This document shows, piece by piece, positions 49,345 to 58,747 of a stretch of DNA of 64,000 nt. Under the pieces are notes generated by a model. That model searched no databases and had not been told where the DNA came from. It saw nothing but the letters and a program-made list of their open reading frames with translations. Numbering within the stretch: position 1 is the stretch's first letter; each line of letters opens with the position of its first letter. A program made the translations under genes and the position numbers. The stretch is from NCBI GenBank assembly GCA_021799355.1, contig JAJZAQ010000009.1, forward strand, positions 7,189 to 71,188, in the 5' to 3' direction. Source of the stretch: Pseudomonadota bacterium (GTDB lineage: Bacteria > Pseudomonadota > Gammaproteobacteria > Burkholderiales > Burkholderiaceae_C).

Positions 49345-49364
49345 AGGCCGCTGACGCCGCCGCG

Positions 49365-49393
49365 GCTGGCTGGCCGCGGCCCGGCCAGCCAGC
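49365..49393. terminator. GC-rich hairpin between convergent genes (possible bidirectional terminator)
   Basis: GCTGGCTGGCC (49365-49375) pairs with GGCCAGCCAGC (49383-49393). 11-bp perfect stem, 7-nt loop, no U-tract. Confidence 0.45.
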
Positions 49394-49399
49394 GCGGGA

Positions 49400-50059
49400 T
49401 CAGTGTGGCTGCGCGCCCGGCATGCCCTGGGCGGGGGAGGGATGCGGCTCGTCGTCTTCGTAGCCGCGGATCATCGCCTTGATGTGCGCCAGCGGCGTAT
49501 GGCCGGTGGTCGTCAGGTAGACATGGACGATGAAAAACATCAGCATCATGTACGCACCGATGGTATGCGCCCACGCAACCGTTTGCAGGCTGATGCCCCA
49601 TTGCTTCCAGATCGGCCAAGTTCCCCAGTCGGCGAAGAACAGCAGGTAGATCCCGCTGATCCAGATGATCGGGTTGATCATCAGTTTCACCCAGAGGTAG
49701 GCCAGGCGCTGCAGCGGGTTGTGCTTGCGAGCCGGGGTTTGATGGTAGGGGTGGCTTTCCCCGCGGAACATGCCCCAGGCGTAATGCCGCGCGACGAGAA
49801 AAATTTTGTCGAAGGTCGGCACGTATTGCTTCCATTCGCCGGTGGTGAAATGCCAGAAAATGGCAAACACCCATAGCACGACGAGCGACCAGGCCGCCAC
49901 CTGGTGGATGCGCAACGCGGTGAGAAAGTCGATGCCGAGCTGGTACAGGCCGTGGATGCGAAAGCCCGAGAACAGCAGGGTGATGATCAGCGCCGCCTGG
50001 CTCCAGTGCCAGAAGCGCTCGAAGCGTTTGAACAGGATGACGTGTTGCGTCTTGGCCAT
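49400..50059 (-). CDS. membrane di-haem cytochrome b (FdnI / Ni-Fe hydrogenase b-type subunit family)
   Basis: 219 aa, 4-5 TM helices. N-terminus RFERFWHWSQAALIITLL. Conserved His in TM helices. GAGGA Shine-Dalgarno 9 nt upstream. Confidence 0.8.
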   Translation of the reverse strand: MAKTQHVILFKRFERFWHWSQAALIITLLFSGFRIHGLYQLGIDFLTALRIHQVAAWSLVVLWVFAIFWHFTTGEWKQYVPTFDKIFLVARHYAWGMFRGESHPYHQTPARKHNPLQRLAYLWVKLMINPIIWISGIYLLFFADWGTWPIWKQWGISLQTVAWAHTIGAYMMLMFFIVHVYLTTTGHTPLAHIKAMIRGYEDDEPHPSPAQGMPGAQPH

Positions 50060-50131
50060 GATGCAGATCCTCGAAAGCGGAGAAAACCCGCGGGACGGTA
50101 GCGGTCGCCGGCGTCGTCCCGTCGGGCGTGT

Positions 50132-51874
50132 TCAGTGTTTTTGCCCACCCGGTTTGCCGCGGCGGCGCAGCCACAGCATGCTGCGGATACCGGCGTGCGC
50201 CATCACCCCGGCCAGGCTCAATCCAGCCAGGCCCAGACCGATGGTTTCGATCCACGGCTGATGGTCTTTGCTCCGGCCCGGAATGTAGACCCCGTCGATT
50301 TTTTCCAGACGTCCGTGGTCGGTGTGGCACTGCGCGCACTGCAGCGCCTTGTCTTTGGGCGCGACCATGTGGGTGATCGGCCAGGTGGTCGTGGTTTTGA
50401 CGAAGGTGTATTTGCCCGACCATTCCAGCCCGGCGGCTTTCATGCCGGCGGCGATGGACTTTTGCCAGTCCATGGTGTGCCAATACGCGGCATCGTCGAA
50501 ACCGGCGTTGTGGATGGCCAGCAAGCGGTGCATCTCCGGGTCGTAGGGCTGGGTGCCTTTCATCGTTTTCACCGGCCAGATGCGCGACTTGCCATCGGTC
50601 GGGCTGCCGCCGTACTGGTTGATGGCGATGACGCCGTCCTTGTCCGGCACGGCGTTTTCGCCGATGTTCATCCACTTCACCGTGCCGTTGAACCAGGTGT
50701 AGTCGGGGACGACGTCTTTACCGAGCTTGAACTGCCCCTTGATGCCCGTATAGATCGGGTGGCCGTGTTCGTCCTTGATGACCAGCGGTTTGCCGTCCGG
50801 GCCGCGCTGTCCGGCCTTGGAGTAGTCCCACTCCATTTTGGTCGGCACGCCGCCGCGGGCGAACTCGGGGATGTGACAGGTTTGACAGGCAATGGTGTTG
50901 GTGTGCATGTTCAGGTCCTGCGCCAGACTGCCTTTGTGCGGGGTGTCGCCGTGGCACGACTGGCAGCTGGCGGCGCTGCCCATGTTGTGCTGGCTGCCGC
51001 GCACGTATTGCCCGCCGAGGTGTTTGGCGTCGAGTTTGTAGTGGCCGCCGCTGACCTGATGGCCGCCGGTGACGTGGCAGGTTTCACACTGGAAATTCAA
51101 GCCCTGCGCGTCCATGTGCACGTCCAGCGCCTTCGACGGCTTGATCAGCGAGCTGTCCAGATCGCCGTGCTTCACGCCGTCGCCGCCGCCGCCGTTGAAG
51201 TGGCAGGTGCCGCAGTTCGCCCGTGACGGCGCGCCGACGTGCTGGGAGATGGCTGCCAGGTCGATCGGTTCGATGAATTTGCCCGATCCGGGAGGCATCT
51301 CGATCCGGCTGGTGGGCGGATTGCCCGACTGGTAGGGCGCTTTTTTGTATGTTCCGGTCTGATCGTGGCAGACCAGGCAGTCGACGTCGGTGTCCGGACG
51401 TTTGCTGAACGCGGTGAATTCGGCGCTCTTGGCGTCACCGTAGCCGACGTGGCATCCGGTGCAGAACTTCTCGTTGCTCGGCACCGAGACGCAGAAGTTG
51501 TTCATCACCTTGCTTTTGCCGACGATGCGCTTGGAATCCTGCTCGACCTGCTCCCACTTCCAGTGGATCGTGCCCTTGATCTGCTTGGCGGCCTCGGTGT
51601 GGCAGCTCAGGCAGGCGGCAGTAACTTCCGCGCCGCTGTGAAACGGCCCCTGCAGTTCCTTGAATTTGCTGTGATCGGCGGTTTTCGTGCCGCTGGGGAT
51701 TTTGGGGACCACACGGTACCCCGGTTGTAGATCGACGGTGGCCACGGCGGACTGCGGCGCCGGTGCCGGGCTGGCGGCAACCGCCACCGGCAGTGACATG
51801 GCGGCGCACATCAGGGCTGCGCGGCGCCAGCGGCCGGGCGGAAAAAAGCGGACGACAGGAAGCAAAAACGGCAT
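50132..51874 (-). CDS. octahaem c-type cytochrome (tetrathionate-reductase Otr-like family) with C-terminal TM helix
   Basis: Signal peptide, then eight CxxCH motifs: CLSCH, CTGCH, CLVCH, CGTCH, CETCH, CQSCH, CQTCH, CAQCH. The N-terminal ADHSKFKELQGPFHSG segment resembles Otr-type proteins. Hydrophobic C-terminal stretch IGLGLAGLSLAGVMAHAGI. Confidence 0.85.
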   Translation of the reverse strand: MPFLLPVVRFFPPGRWRRAALMCAAMSLPVAVAASPAPAPQSAVATVDLQPGYRVVPKIPSGTKTADHSKFKELQGPFHSGAEVTAACLSCHTEAAKQIKGTIHWKWEQVEQDSKRIVGKSKVMNNFCVSVPSNEKFCTGCHVGYGDAKSAEFTAFSKRPDTDVDCLVCHDQTGTYKKAPYQSGNPPTSRIEMPPGSGKFIEPIDLAAISQHVGAPSRANCGTCHFNGGGGDGVKHGDLDSSLIKPSKALDVHMDAQGLNFQCETCHVTGGHQVSGGHYKLDAKHLGGQYVRGSQHNMGSAASCQSCHGDTPHKGSLAQDLNMHTNTIACQTCHIPEFARGGVPTKMEWDYSKAGQRGPDGKPLVIKDEHGHPIYTGIKGQFKLGKDVVPDYTWFNGTVKWMNIGENAVPDKDGVIAINQYGGSPTDGKSRIWPVKTMKGTQPYDPEMHRLLAIHNAGFDDAAYWHTMDWQKSIAAGMKAAGLEWSGKYTFVKTTTTWPITHMVAPKDKALQCAQCHTDHGRLEKIDGVYIPGRSKDHQPWIETIGLGLAGLSLAGVMAHAGIRSMLWLRRRGKPGGQKH

Positions 51875-51918
51875 GGCAACGCTCCCGGTAATGGGGTGAT
51901 GTCAACGAAGTCGGCATG

Positions 51919-51948
51919 GTCACAGATACAACATGTTGCAAATGTGAC
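51919..51948. promoter_or_regulatory. nested palindrome, candidate operator in the octahaem-cytochrome / HIT divergent region
   Basis: Sequence is GTCACA-gata-CAACATGTTG-caaa-TGTGAC. The inner 10-mer is a perfect palindrome and the outer 6-mers are reverse complements. It sits in a conspicuously AT-rich stretch. Confidence 0.4.
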
Positions 51949-52115
51949 AAGACGCAAAAAATCGGCCAGGCCATATGCCGGAATTGCAATCTCTTGATCT
52001 GGAATAAACGTGCCGCTGCCGCGCAGGGCGGCGCCAGATGCCGCAAGCTGCCTGCGGCAGAACCGGTAAGATGCGTCACACTGTCCCCACCGCGTCGCTG
52101 CGTACCGTCATCAGG

Positions 52116-52604
52116 ATGAAACCGTTTCCCGTGAGCCCGGCGCCGGCTGGCGCCGCCGCAGCCTGTGCGCTCTGCCAGACGGCTGGCGGCACCACGGTGT
52201 GGCGCGGCAGCGACTTTCGCCTGGTGCGTGCAGCCGAGCCGGCGCTACCGGCGTTTTACCGCGTCATCTGGCAGCAGCATGTGGCCGAGTTCACCGACCT
52301 GACTGCGTTGCAGCGTCTGAGCTGCATCGATGCGGTCGTGCTGGTCGAGCAGACGCTGCGCGCCCAGATGCAGCCGGACAAGATCAACCTGGGCAGTCTG
52401 GGCAATGTCGTGCCGCACCTGCACTGGCATATGGTAGCCCGCTGGCAGTGGGATGCGTTCTGGCCGCAGTCACCCTGGTCCGCGCCGCAACGCCCGGTCG
52501 ACGACGCCCGGCTGCAGAAGGTGCGCGAGCATCTGCCGGCGCTGGACGAGGCGATGCAGCACGCGTTTGCCGCGCGGTTCGGCGCATCCCGGCCCGAGCC
52601 CTGA
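52116..52604 (+). CDS. HIT (histidine triad) family protein
   Basis: Histidine triad VPHLHWHMVAR. Start taken at the internal ATG 52116. Confidence 0.8.
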   Translation: MKPFPVSPAPAGAAAACALCQTAGGTTVWRGSDFRLVRAAEPALPAFYRVIWQQHVAEFTDLTALQRLSCIDAVVLVEQTLRAQMQPDKINLGSLGNVVPHLHWHMVARWQWDAFWPQSPWSAPQRPVDDARLQKVREHLPALDEAMQHAFAARFGASRPEP

Positions 52605-52627
52605 GGCGCCGGCCGTCGCCGCGATCC

Positions 52628-53782
52628 TCAGGCGAGGTACTCGCCCTTGCTCAAATCGTGTTCTCCACGCTCGTGGATGAAATTGGCGCGGCCGACGATG
52701 AGGTTGTCCACCTCCCCGATGCGCTCCACGTCTTTGCCGGTATACGGCAGTGAGTGCAGGACGTAGCGCATGGCGTTGAGCCGGGCGCGTTTTTTGTCGT
52801 CCGACTTGACCACCGTCCACGGCGAATCAGCCGTGTCGGTGTGGAAGAACATGGCTTCCTTGGCGCGGGTGTACTCGTCCCATTTGTCCAACGACGCCAT
52901 GTCGATGGGCGAGAGTTTCCACTGCTTGAGCGGGTGGACCTGGCGCTCCTTGAAGCGCCGACGCTGCTCTTCGCGGCTGACGGAGAACCAGAACTTGATG
53001 AGGTGGATGCCGCTGCGCACCAGATTGCGCTCGAATTCGGGAGCCTGGCGCAGAAATTCGTTGTACTCGGCCGGGGTGCAAAAGCCCATCACGCGCTCCA
53101 CTCCGGCGCGGTTGTACCAGGAGCGGTCGAACAGCACGATCTCCCCGGCAGTCGGCAGGTGCTGCACGTAACGCTGGAAATACCACTGGCCGCGCTCGAT
53201 TTCGCTGGGTTTTTCCAGCGCTACGACGCGGGCACCGCGTGGGTTGAGATGTTCCATGAAACGTTTGATGGTGCCGCCCTTACCGGCGGCGTCGCGCCCC
53301 TCGAACAGGATGATCAGGCGCTGCCGTGTTTCCTTGACCCATGCCTGCAGCTTGAGCAGCTCGGTTTGCAGGACGAATTTTTCGCGCTCGTAGTCGCGGC
53401 GCAGCATTTTGTACTTGTACGGGTAGCCGCCTTTGCGCCAGTCGTCGGTGAGTTCGTCGCTGGTGCGCCGCGGCATGGTTGACGCCGGGGGCAGGCCGAG
53501 CGCGGCGCGCATGACCTGGGCGTCGTCCGGGGCGTCGCCTTCGAGAATGGCCTGCACGCCGTCGCTGTCGACACGGGCCGGCGGCGGTCCCTTGAGGATG
53601 GTGTCCAGCGCCGCCAGCTCGGCCTGTTGCGCGGCCTGTTGCGCCTGATCGACGACGTAGTTGCGCACGCCGGCAGGAGTCAGCCGCGGCGCGATATCGC
53701 CCTGCGCGACTTTGTCGTGCGCCGCGCGCTTTTTCGCCGCGGCGGGAGATGCGGTTTTGTTGGTGTGGGGTGCGTCGTTCAT
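52628..53782 (-). CDS. polyphosphate kinase 2 (long form with about 100-aa N-terminal extension)
   Basis: GAGGAGGA Shine-Dalgarno. Motifs FEGRDAAGKGG, FDRSWYNRAGVE and WTVVKSDDKKRARL. Confidence 0.9.
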   Translation of the reverse strand: MNDAPHTNKTASPAAAKKRAAHDKVAQGDIAPRLTPAGVRNYVVDQAQQAAQQAELAALDTILKGPPPARVDSDGVQAILEGDAPDDAQVMRAALGLPPASTMPRRTSDELTDDWRKGGYPYKYKMLRRDYEREKFVLQTELLKLQAWVKETRQRLIILFEGRDAAGKGGTIKRFMEHLNPRGARVVALEKPSEIERGQWYFQRYVQHLPTAGEIVLFDRSWYNRAGVERVMGFCTPAEYNEFLRQAPEFERNLVRSGIHLIKFWFSVSREEQRRRFKERQVHPLKQWKLSPIDMASLDKWDEYTRAKEAMFFHTDTADSPWTVVKSDDKKRARLNAMRYVLHSLPYTGKDVERIGEVDNLIVGRANFIHERGEHDLSKGEYLA

Positions 53783-53848
53783 GGCAGGTTCCTCCTCAGA
53801 ATCTGTCTTTATAGGCCCGCCCTTCGACGGCGCACAATGACAATCGGC

Positions 53849-53869
53849 AAAAGCGCAGACGGTCTGCGC
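53849..53869 (-). terminator. Rho-independent terminator downstream of ubiX
   Basis: On the minus strand: GCGCAGA-CCG-TCTGCGC hairpin followed by TTTT. It lies between the ubiX stop (53882) and the PPK2 start (53782). Confidence 0.6.
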
Positions 53870-53881
53870 TGCGCCGCGGGC

Positions 53882-54493
53882 TCAAGCGGGTGTGGCGCCG
53901 TTCCATTCCTCGCCCAGGTCATGGGCAATGCCCAGTTGGTCGAGGACGCGACCCAGGCTGGCGTCGATCATGGCTTCGATACTCGCCGGGCGCAGGTAGA
54001 ACGCCGGCAGAGGCGGGAAGATCACCGCCCCCATTTCGGTCGCTGCCGTCATATTGCGCAGATGCGCCAGGTTCAGCGGCGCTTCACGCGGCAACAGCAC
54101 CAGTTTGCGCCGTTCTTTCAGACAGACGTCGGCTGCGCGGGTGATGAGGTTGTCGCAAAAGCCGTGCGCGATGGCCGCCAGCGTGCGCATCGAACACGGC
54201 GCGACGACCATGCCGATGCTGGCAAACGAGCCGCTGGCCAGGCTCGCGCCGACATCGCCCACGGGGTGGACGACGTCGGCCAGCGCCTCGACCGCTTTGC
54301 GCCCCATGCCGAGTTCGACCTGGAGGTTGAGCACGCCGGCGGGTGAAACCAGCAGGTGCGTCTGCACGCTGCCGAGCCGGCGCAAATGCTGCAGCAGACG
54401 CACGCCGTACACCACGCCGGTGGCACCGGTGATGGCAACGATGAGCCGCGGGCGCGCGGCGGTAGCCACGGGCGAATCCGGTGTGGGGTTCAA
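53882..54493 (-). CDS. ubiX: flavin prenyltransferase UbiX
   Basis: Contains LIVAITGATGVVYG and MVVAPCSMRTLAAIAHG. The annotated start is TTG and overlaps the grxD stop, so the true start may be a few codons downstream. Confidence 0.88.
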   Translation of the reverse strand: MNPTPDSPVATAARPRLIVAITGATGVVYGVRLLQHLRRLGSVQTHLLVSPAGVLNLQVELGMGRKAVEALADVVHPVGDVGASLASGSFASIGMVVAPCSMRTLAAIAHGFCDNLITRAADVCLKERRKLVLLPREAPLNLAHLRNMTAATEMGAVIFPPLPAFYLRPASIEAMIDASLGRVLDQLGIAHDLGEEWNGATPA

Positions 54494-54819
54494 TCGCGTT
54501 TGCCGACGATGTCAGCCAGCAGTGCCTGCAGCTCGCCGCTTTGCACCATTTCGGCCATGATGTCCGAGCCGCCGATGAATTCGCCCTTGATGTAGAGCTG
54601 GGGAATGGTCGGCCAGTTGGCGTATTCCTTGATGCCCTGACGTAGGGCTTCGTCCTGCAGGACGTCAATTGCCTTGATCTGCGTCACACCGCAGGATTTG
54701 AGCAACTGCACCGCGCGGCCGGAAAAACCGCACAGCGGAAACTGCGGGGTGCCTTTCATGAACAGCACCACGTCGTTGTTTTTGACGATTTGATCGATTT
54801 GCTCGCGCACGCTGGACAT
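54490..54819 (-). CDS. grxD: monothiol glutaredoxin (Grx4 family)
   Basis: 109 aa. CGFS active site within PQFPLCGFSG, and WPTIPQLYIKGEFIGG. Confidence 0.93.
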   Translation of the reverse strand: MSSVREQIDQIVKNNDVVLFMKGTPQFPLCGFSGRAVQLLKSCGVTQIKAIDVLQDEALRQGIKEYANWPTIPQLYIKGEFIGGSDIMAEMVQSGELQALLADIVGKRD

Positions 54820-54844
54820 GGCGGGTCTTCCTCTTTGATGACGG

Positions 54845-55756
54845 TCAGACGATTTTAGAGTCCGCGGCAAACCCCGGCGGTTGTGGGCACTGCCCGGCGG
54901 TGACGCGTTCGATTCCCGCCAGATCGCGGCTGCTGACGATCCCGCCATAACCATGCGCGTGCAACAGGTTGCGTACCGACGCCGCCTGGTCGTAGCCGTG
55001 TTCGAGCAGCAGCCAGCCGTGCGGCTGCAAAAAGCGCGGGGCGGCGCCGACGATGCGCCGGATGTCGCCCAGCCCGTCGGCGTTGGGCTGCTGCCCGACG
55101 AGGGCCAAGGCCGGCTCGTGGCGCAGCGCATCGAGGTGCGGGTCGTGCTGCGCAACGTAAGGCGGATTGGACACGATGCAGTCGAAGCGTGGCGTCGCGT
55201 CGTCCAGACCAGCGAACCAGTCGGAGACGGCGAAGTGGATCGGCCCTCCGGGGCGGGCGGCATCCACCAGCCGCGCGGCATTGCCGCGGGCGACGTGCAG
55301 CGCCTGCGCGCTGGCGTCCACCGCCCACACCTGGACCTGCGGACGCGCCTGCGCCACGGCCACGGCGATGGCGCCGCTGCCCGTGCCGAGGTCGAGCAGC
55401 CGCGGTGTCGCCGTGCTCGGCAGGGCGTCGAGGCGTTGCAGCGCCAGATCGACGAGCAGCTCGGTCTCCGGGCGCGGAATGAGCACCGCAGGCGTGACCT
55501 GAAAGGACAAGCCGTAAAACTCGCGCTCGCCGGTGACGTAGGCCAGCGGTTCCCCGGCGCGCAGCCGCGCGGCCAGCGCGTCCAGCCGCGCCACGGTCTG
55601 GGCGTCGAGAGCACGCTCGGGGTGGGCGAGTTGCTGCGTCCGGTTCAGTCCCGACACGTGGTGCAGCAGCACCTGCGCGTGCAGCCGCGGCAGGCCGCAG
55701 GTGTCGAGCCACTGCGCCAGCGTCGGCGGCTGTGGGATGGGGTCTGCCGGTGTCAT
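54845..55756 (-). CDS. prmC: release factor glutamine N5-methyltransferase
   Basis: SAM motif LDLGTGSGAI and catalytic NPPY. Starts 2 nt after the prfA stop. Confidence 0.92.
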   Translation of the reverse strand: MTPADPIPQPPTLAQWLDTCGLPRLHAQVLLHHVSGLNRTQQLAHPERALDAQTVARLDALAARLRAGEPLAYVTGEREFYGLSFQVTPAVLIPRPETELLVDLALQRLDALPSTATPRLLDLGTGSGAIAVAVAQARPQVQVWAVDASAQALHVARGNAARLVDAARPGGPIHFAVSDWFAGLDDATPRFDCIVSNPPYVAQHDPHLDALRHEPALALVGQQPNADGLGDIRRIVGAAPRFLQPHGWLLLEHGYDQAASVRNLLHAHGYGGIVSSRDLAGIERVTAGQCPQPPGFAADSKIV

Positions 55757-55757
55757 G

Positions 55758-56837
55758 CTAGGCGGCAGCGAGCGCGGCAAGCTGCGCCGCCTGATCTTCG
55801 GTTTGCAGCGCGGTGATGAGCTCGTCGAGATCGCCGTCGAGGATGGCGTCGATTTTGTACAGCGTCAGATTGATGCGGTGTTCGCTCACGCGGCCCTGGG
55901 GAAAGTTGTAGGTGCGGATGCGGTCGGAACGGTCCCCGCTGCCCACCAGGCTTTTGCGCGTCGCCGCTTCGGCCGCGGCGCGTGCCTGCCGCTCGCGCTC
56001 GGCCAGACGGGCGGCGAGCACCGACAGCGCGCGCGCCTTGTTGCGGTGCTGCGAGCGCTCGTCCTGGCACTCGACGACCAGCCCGGTGGGTAAATGGGTG
56101 ATGCGGATGGCCGAGTCGGTTTTGTTCACGTGCTGCCCGCCCGCGCCCGAGGCACGGAAGGTATCGATCCGCAGATCGGCGGGGTTGATCTGCACCGCCT
56201 GCGCCTCGTCCATCTCGGGCATGACGGCCACGGTGGCCGCGCTGGTGTGGATGCGTCCCTGCGTTTCGGTTTTGGGCACGCGCTGCACGCGGTGCCCGCC
56301 GGATTCGTACTTCAGCCGCCCGTACACGCCGTCGCCGGCGATGCGCAAAATGACCTCTTTGTAGCCGCCGAGGTCGCTCGGGCTGGCGCTGACGACCTCC
56401 GTGCTCCAGCGCTTGCGCTCGGCGTAGCGCGTGTACATGCGCAGCAGGTCGGCGGCGAACAGTGCGGACTCCTCGCCACCGGTGCCGGCACGGATTTCGA
56501 CGAAGGCGTTGCGCGCGTCGTCCGGGTCGCGCGGCAGCAGGGCGAGCTGAAGTTGCTTTTGCAGCTCGGCCAGTTCGGCGCGGGTGTGCTGAATGTCCTG
56601 CTGCGCCAGTTCCTTCATTTCCGGATCGTCGAGCAGGGCCTGCGCCTGTGCCAGTTCGCCGGTTTTGGCCTGAAAGCGGGAGAACAACGCGACGATGGGC
56701 TGGAGCTCGGCCTGCTCGCGCGTCAGGCTGCGGTAACGCGCCAGATCAGCCGTGCTGTCGGGCGAGGCGAGCAGGGCGTCGAGCTCGTTGGCGCGGCGCC
56801 GCAGTTGCTCCAGTTTGTCGAGCAGGGTCGGGTTCAT
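55758..56837 (-). CDS. prfA: peptide chain release factor 1
   Basis: 359 aa. GGQ loop [14 protein letters not shown]. The hemA-prfA-prmC gene order supports the call. Confidence 0.96.
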   Translation of the reverse strand: MNPTLLDKLEQLRRRANELDALLASPDSTADLARYRSLTREQAELQPIVALFSRFQAKTGELAQAQALLDDPEMKELAQQDIQHTRAELAELQKQLQLALLPRDPDDARNAFVEIRAGTGGEESALFAADLLRMYTRYAERKRWSTEVVSASPSDLGGYKEVILRIAGDGVYGRLKYESGGHRVQRVPKTETQGRIHTSAATVAVMPEMDEAQAVQINPADLRIDTFRASGAGGQHVNKTDSAIRITHLPTGLVVECQDERSQHRNKARALSVLAARLAERERQARAAAEAATRKSLVGSGDRSDRIRTYNFPQGRVSEHRINLTLYKIDAILDGDLDELITALQTEDQAAQLAALAAA

Positions 56838-56908
56838 CGGGGTAGTGGAATCGTCGATGCCGCCGGGGGTGCGGCACGCGGCAGGCACGGGAAGCGCCGT
56901 GGCGGTTT

Positions 56909-58216
56909 CTACGCCGCCGCGTCGGCGGAGGTCTCCGGGTCACCGCGGTGCGGGCAGAGAAACACCCGCTCGACAGCCTGGGCGACGGCCTGGCGGTGTG
57001 CCGGGTCGCCGTGGTGCAGTGCAGCGAACGCGCCGTGGAGGAATTTGTGCGACAGCCCACGCGCCAGCGCATCGAGCACCGCCTCGGGCGGTTCGCCACG
57101 GGCGAGCAGGCGGCGCGCGCGTTCGACTTCGTGCGCCTGCCATTGCTCGCTCTGGCTTTGCAGGCGCTGGATCAGCGGCACCTGCGCGCGCAGATCCAGC
57201 CATTCGAGAAAACCGTGGACGCGCGTCTCGATGATGGCTTCTGCCTGCTCGATGGCTGCCTGGCGTTTTTCGGTATTGCTGCGCACCAACGCGGACAGGT
57301 CGTCGACCGAGTACAGATAGACGTCGCGCAGTTGCGCCACTTCGGGTTCGATGTCGCGCGGCACGGCCAAATCGACCATGACCACGGGCTTGTGCCGCCG
57401 CTGCTTGATGCTGCGCTCGGCAGCACCCAGACCGATGATCGGCAGGCTGCTGGCCGTGCTCGTGACCACCACGTCGAACTCCGCCAGCCGCTGCGGCACG
57501 TCGGAAAGACGGATGGCCTGCGCGCCGAACCGCTGTGCCAGGCGCATGCCGCGCTCGACCGTGCGGTTGGCGATGACCATGCTCTTGGGCTGCTGCGCGG
57601 CGAAATGCGTGGCGACGAGCTCGATCATGTCGCCCGCACCGATGAACAACACGCGGCACTCGCGCAGGCTCTCGAAGACCGTCTGCGCCAGATGCACGCT
57701 GGCGGCGGCCATGCTGATCGAATGCGCTCCGATTTCGGTATTGGTGCGCACCTCCTTGGCCACCGAGAAGGTGCGCTGGAACATCTGGTTGAGCGTGCTG
57801 CCCAGCGCGCCGGAATCGGCGGCCACGCGCACGGCCTCCTTCATCTGTCCGAGGATCTGAGGTTCGCCCAGCACCATCGAGTCCAACCCGCTGGCCACGC
57901 GGAAGGCATGACGCACCGTGCCGTCCTGCACCAGGCGGTAGCTGTGACCGGACAGGTCGTCCAGCTGCACATGGCGTTCGTTCGCCAGCCACTGCAGCAG
58001 GGCGTCGCGCGGATCGTGTTCGGCGGCGCAGTAAATTTCAGTGCGGTTGCAGGTGGATAGAATCGCCGCCTCGACCGGACTGCCGTTGCGTGTGGGACGC
58101 AGCGCCGCGCGAAGGCGCTGGAGCGCGTCGACCAGGGTATCGGTGGAAAATGCCAGTCGCTCGCGCACCCCGACGGGGGCGGTCTGGTGGTTGAGTCCGA
58201 CGGCGGCGAGCAACAT
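56909..58216 (-). CDS. hemA: glutamyl-tRNA reductase
   Basis: N-terminus [23 protein letters not shown], with STCNRTEIY and GAGDMIEL. Start taken at ATG 58216. Confidence 0.95.
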   Translation of the reverse strand: MLLAAVGLNHQTAPVGVRERLAFSTDTLVDALQRLRAALRPTRNGSPVEAAILSTCNRTEIYCAAEHDPRDALLQWLANERHVQLDDLSGHSYRLVQDGTVRHAFRVASGLDSMVLGEPQILGQMKEAVRVAADSGALGSTLNQMFQRTFSVAKEVRTNTEIGAHSISMAAASVHLAQTVFESLRECRVLFIGAGDMIELVATHFAAQQPKSMVIANRTVERGMRLAQRFGAQAIRLSDVPQRLAEFDVVVTSTASSLPIIGLGAAERSIKQRRHKPVVMVDLAVPRDIEPEVAQLRDVYLYSVDDLSALVRSNTEKRQAAIEQAEAIIETRVHGFLEWLDLRAQVPLIQRLQSQSEQWQAHEVERARRLLARGEPPEAVLDALARGLSHKFLHGAFAALHHGDPAHRQAVAQAVERVFLCPHRGDPETSADAAA

Positions 58217-58417
58217 AATCAAATCGTGATTTTAAGAACTGTGGTGGTCCTGGCCACCTGATTTCGATCAAATCAGGAATGCGCCAAGGGGAACTGCGGT
58301 TGACGGCGTCGTACTCCGTACAGTATCCGAAGCCTCCAGCCGCCGGCATCCGGATTAACCGCAAGTGCGACGCAGCACACACTCCCTGGACAACCTGTCT
58401 TTCTAGCACGTCCGACG

Positions 58418-58693
58418 ATGTCGATCTTTTTACTGTGGTTTGTGCAAACCAGTGTGATGCCGCTGTGCGTCGGCGCGGCAACCGGGGCGCTGGCCGGTGT
58501 GGCCTGGCGGGGCGGCTGTGCCGCGGGCTGGGCGCGGCGCGCCGGTCTGGGTGCACTGGCGTCCTGGGGCGTGCATCTGGCGCTGGTCGGCGGCGGTCTG
58601 CTGCGCGAGGGCTCGGTCTGGGATTATGCGGCGGTGGTCGTGGCTGGCGTGACTGCCAGCGAATGGGTCTGCCGCCGGGCCGCGCATCACTGA
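58418..58693 (+). CDS. small hydrophobic hypothetical protein
   Basis: 91 aa, 2-3 hydrophobic segments, GC3 typical of genes in this window. There is no obvious Shine-Dalgarno, and it ends 25 nt before the predicted rplN promoter. Confidence 0.35.
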   Translation: MSIFLLWFVQTSVMPLCVGAATGALAGVAWRGGCAAGWARRAGLGALASWGVHLALVGGGLLREGSVWDYAAVVVAGVTASEWVCRRAAHH

Positions 58694-58718
58694 GTGCCAA
58701 AGCGGCTCTTGGCATGCC

Positions 58719-58747
58719 TTGACAAGGCTTTGGACTGCAGGCACAAT
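58719..58747 (+). promoter_or_regulatory. candidate sigma70 promoter of the spc ribosomal operon
   Basis: TTGACA (58719-58724), a 17-nt spacer, then CACAAT (58742-58747). This implies a leader of about 195 nt before the rplN ATG. Confidence 0.5.

Noticed and set aside
51994-52007. FNR/CRP-family site TTGAT-CTGG-AATAA.
   Set aside because: It matches the consensus at only 8 of 10 positions, and only one half-site is good. It is mentioned as context for the octahaem cytochrome finding but is not strong enough to annotate as a feature.
58279-58722. 147-aa plus-strand ORF overlapping the 91-aa hydrophobic ORF in another frame.
   Set aside because: Its translation is Arg/Gly-rich and low-complexity. 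The 91-aa frame has the more coding-like third-position bias and plausible TM segments.
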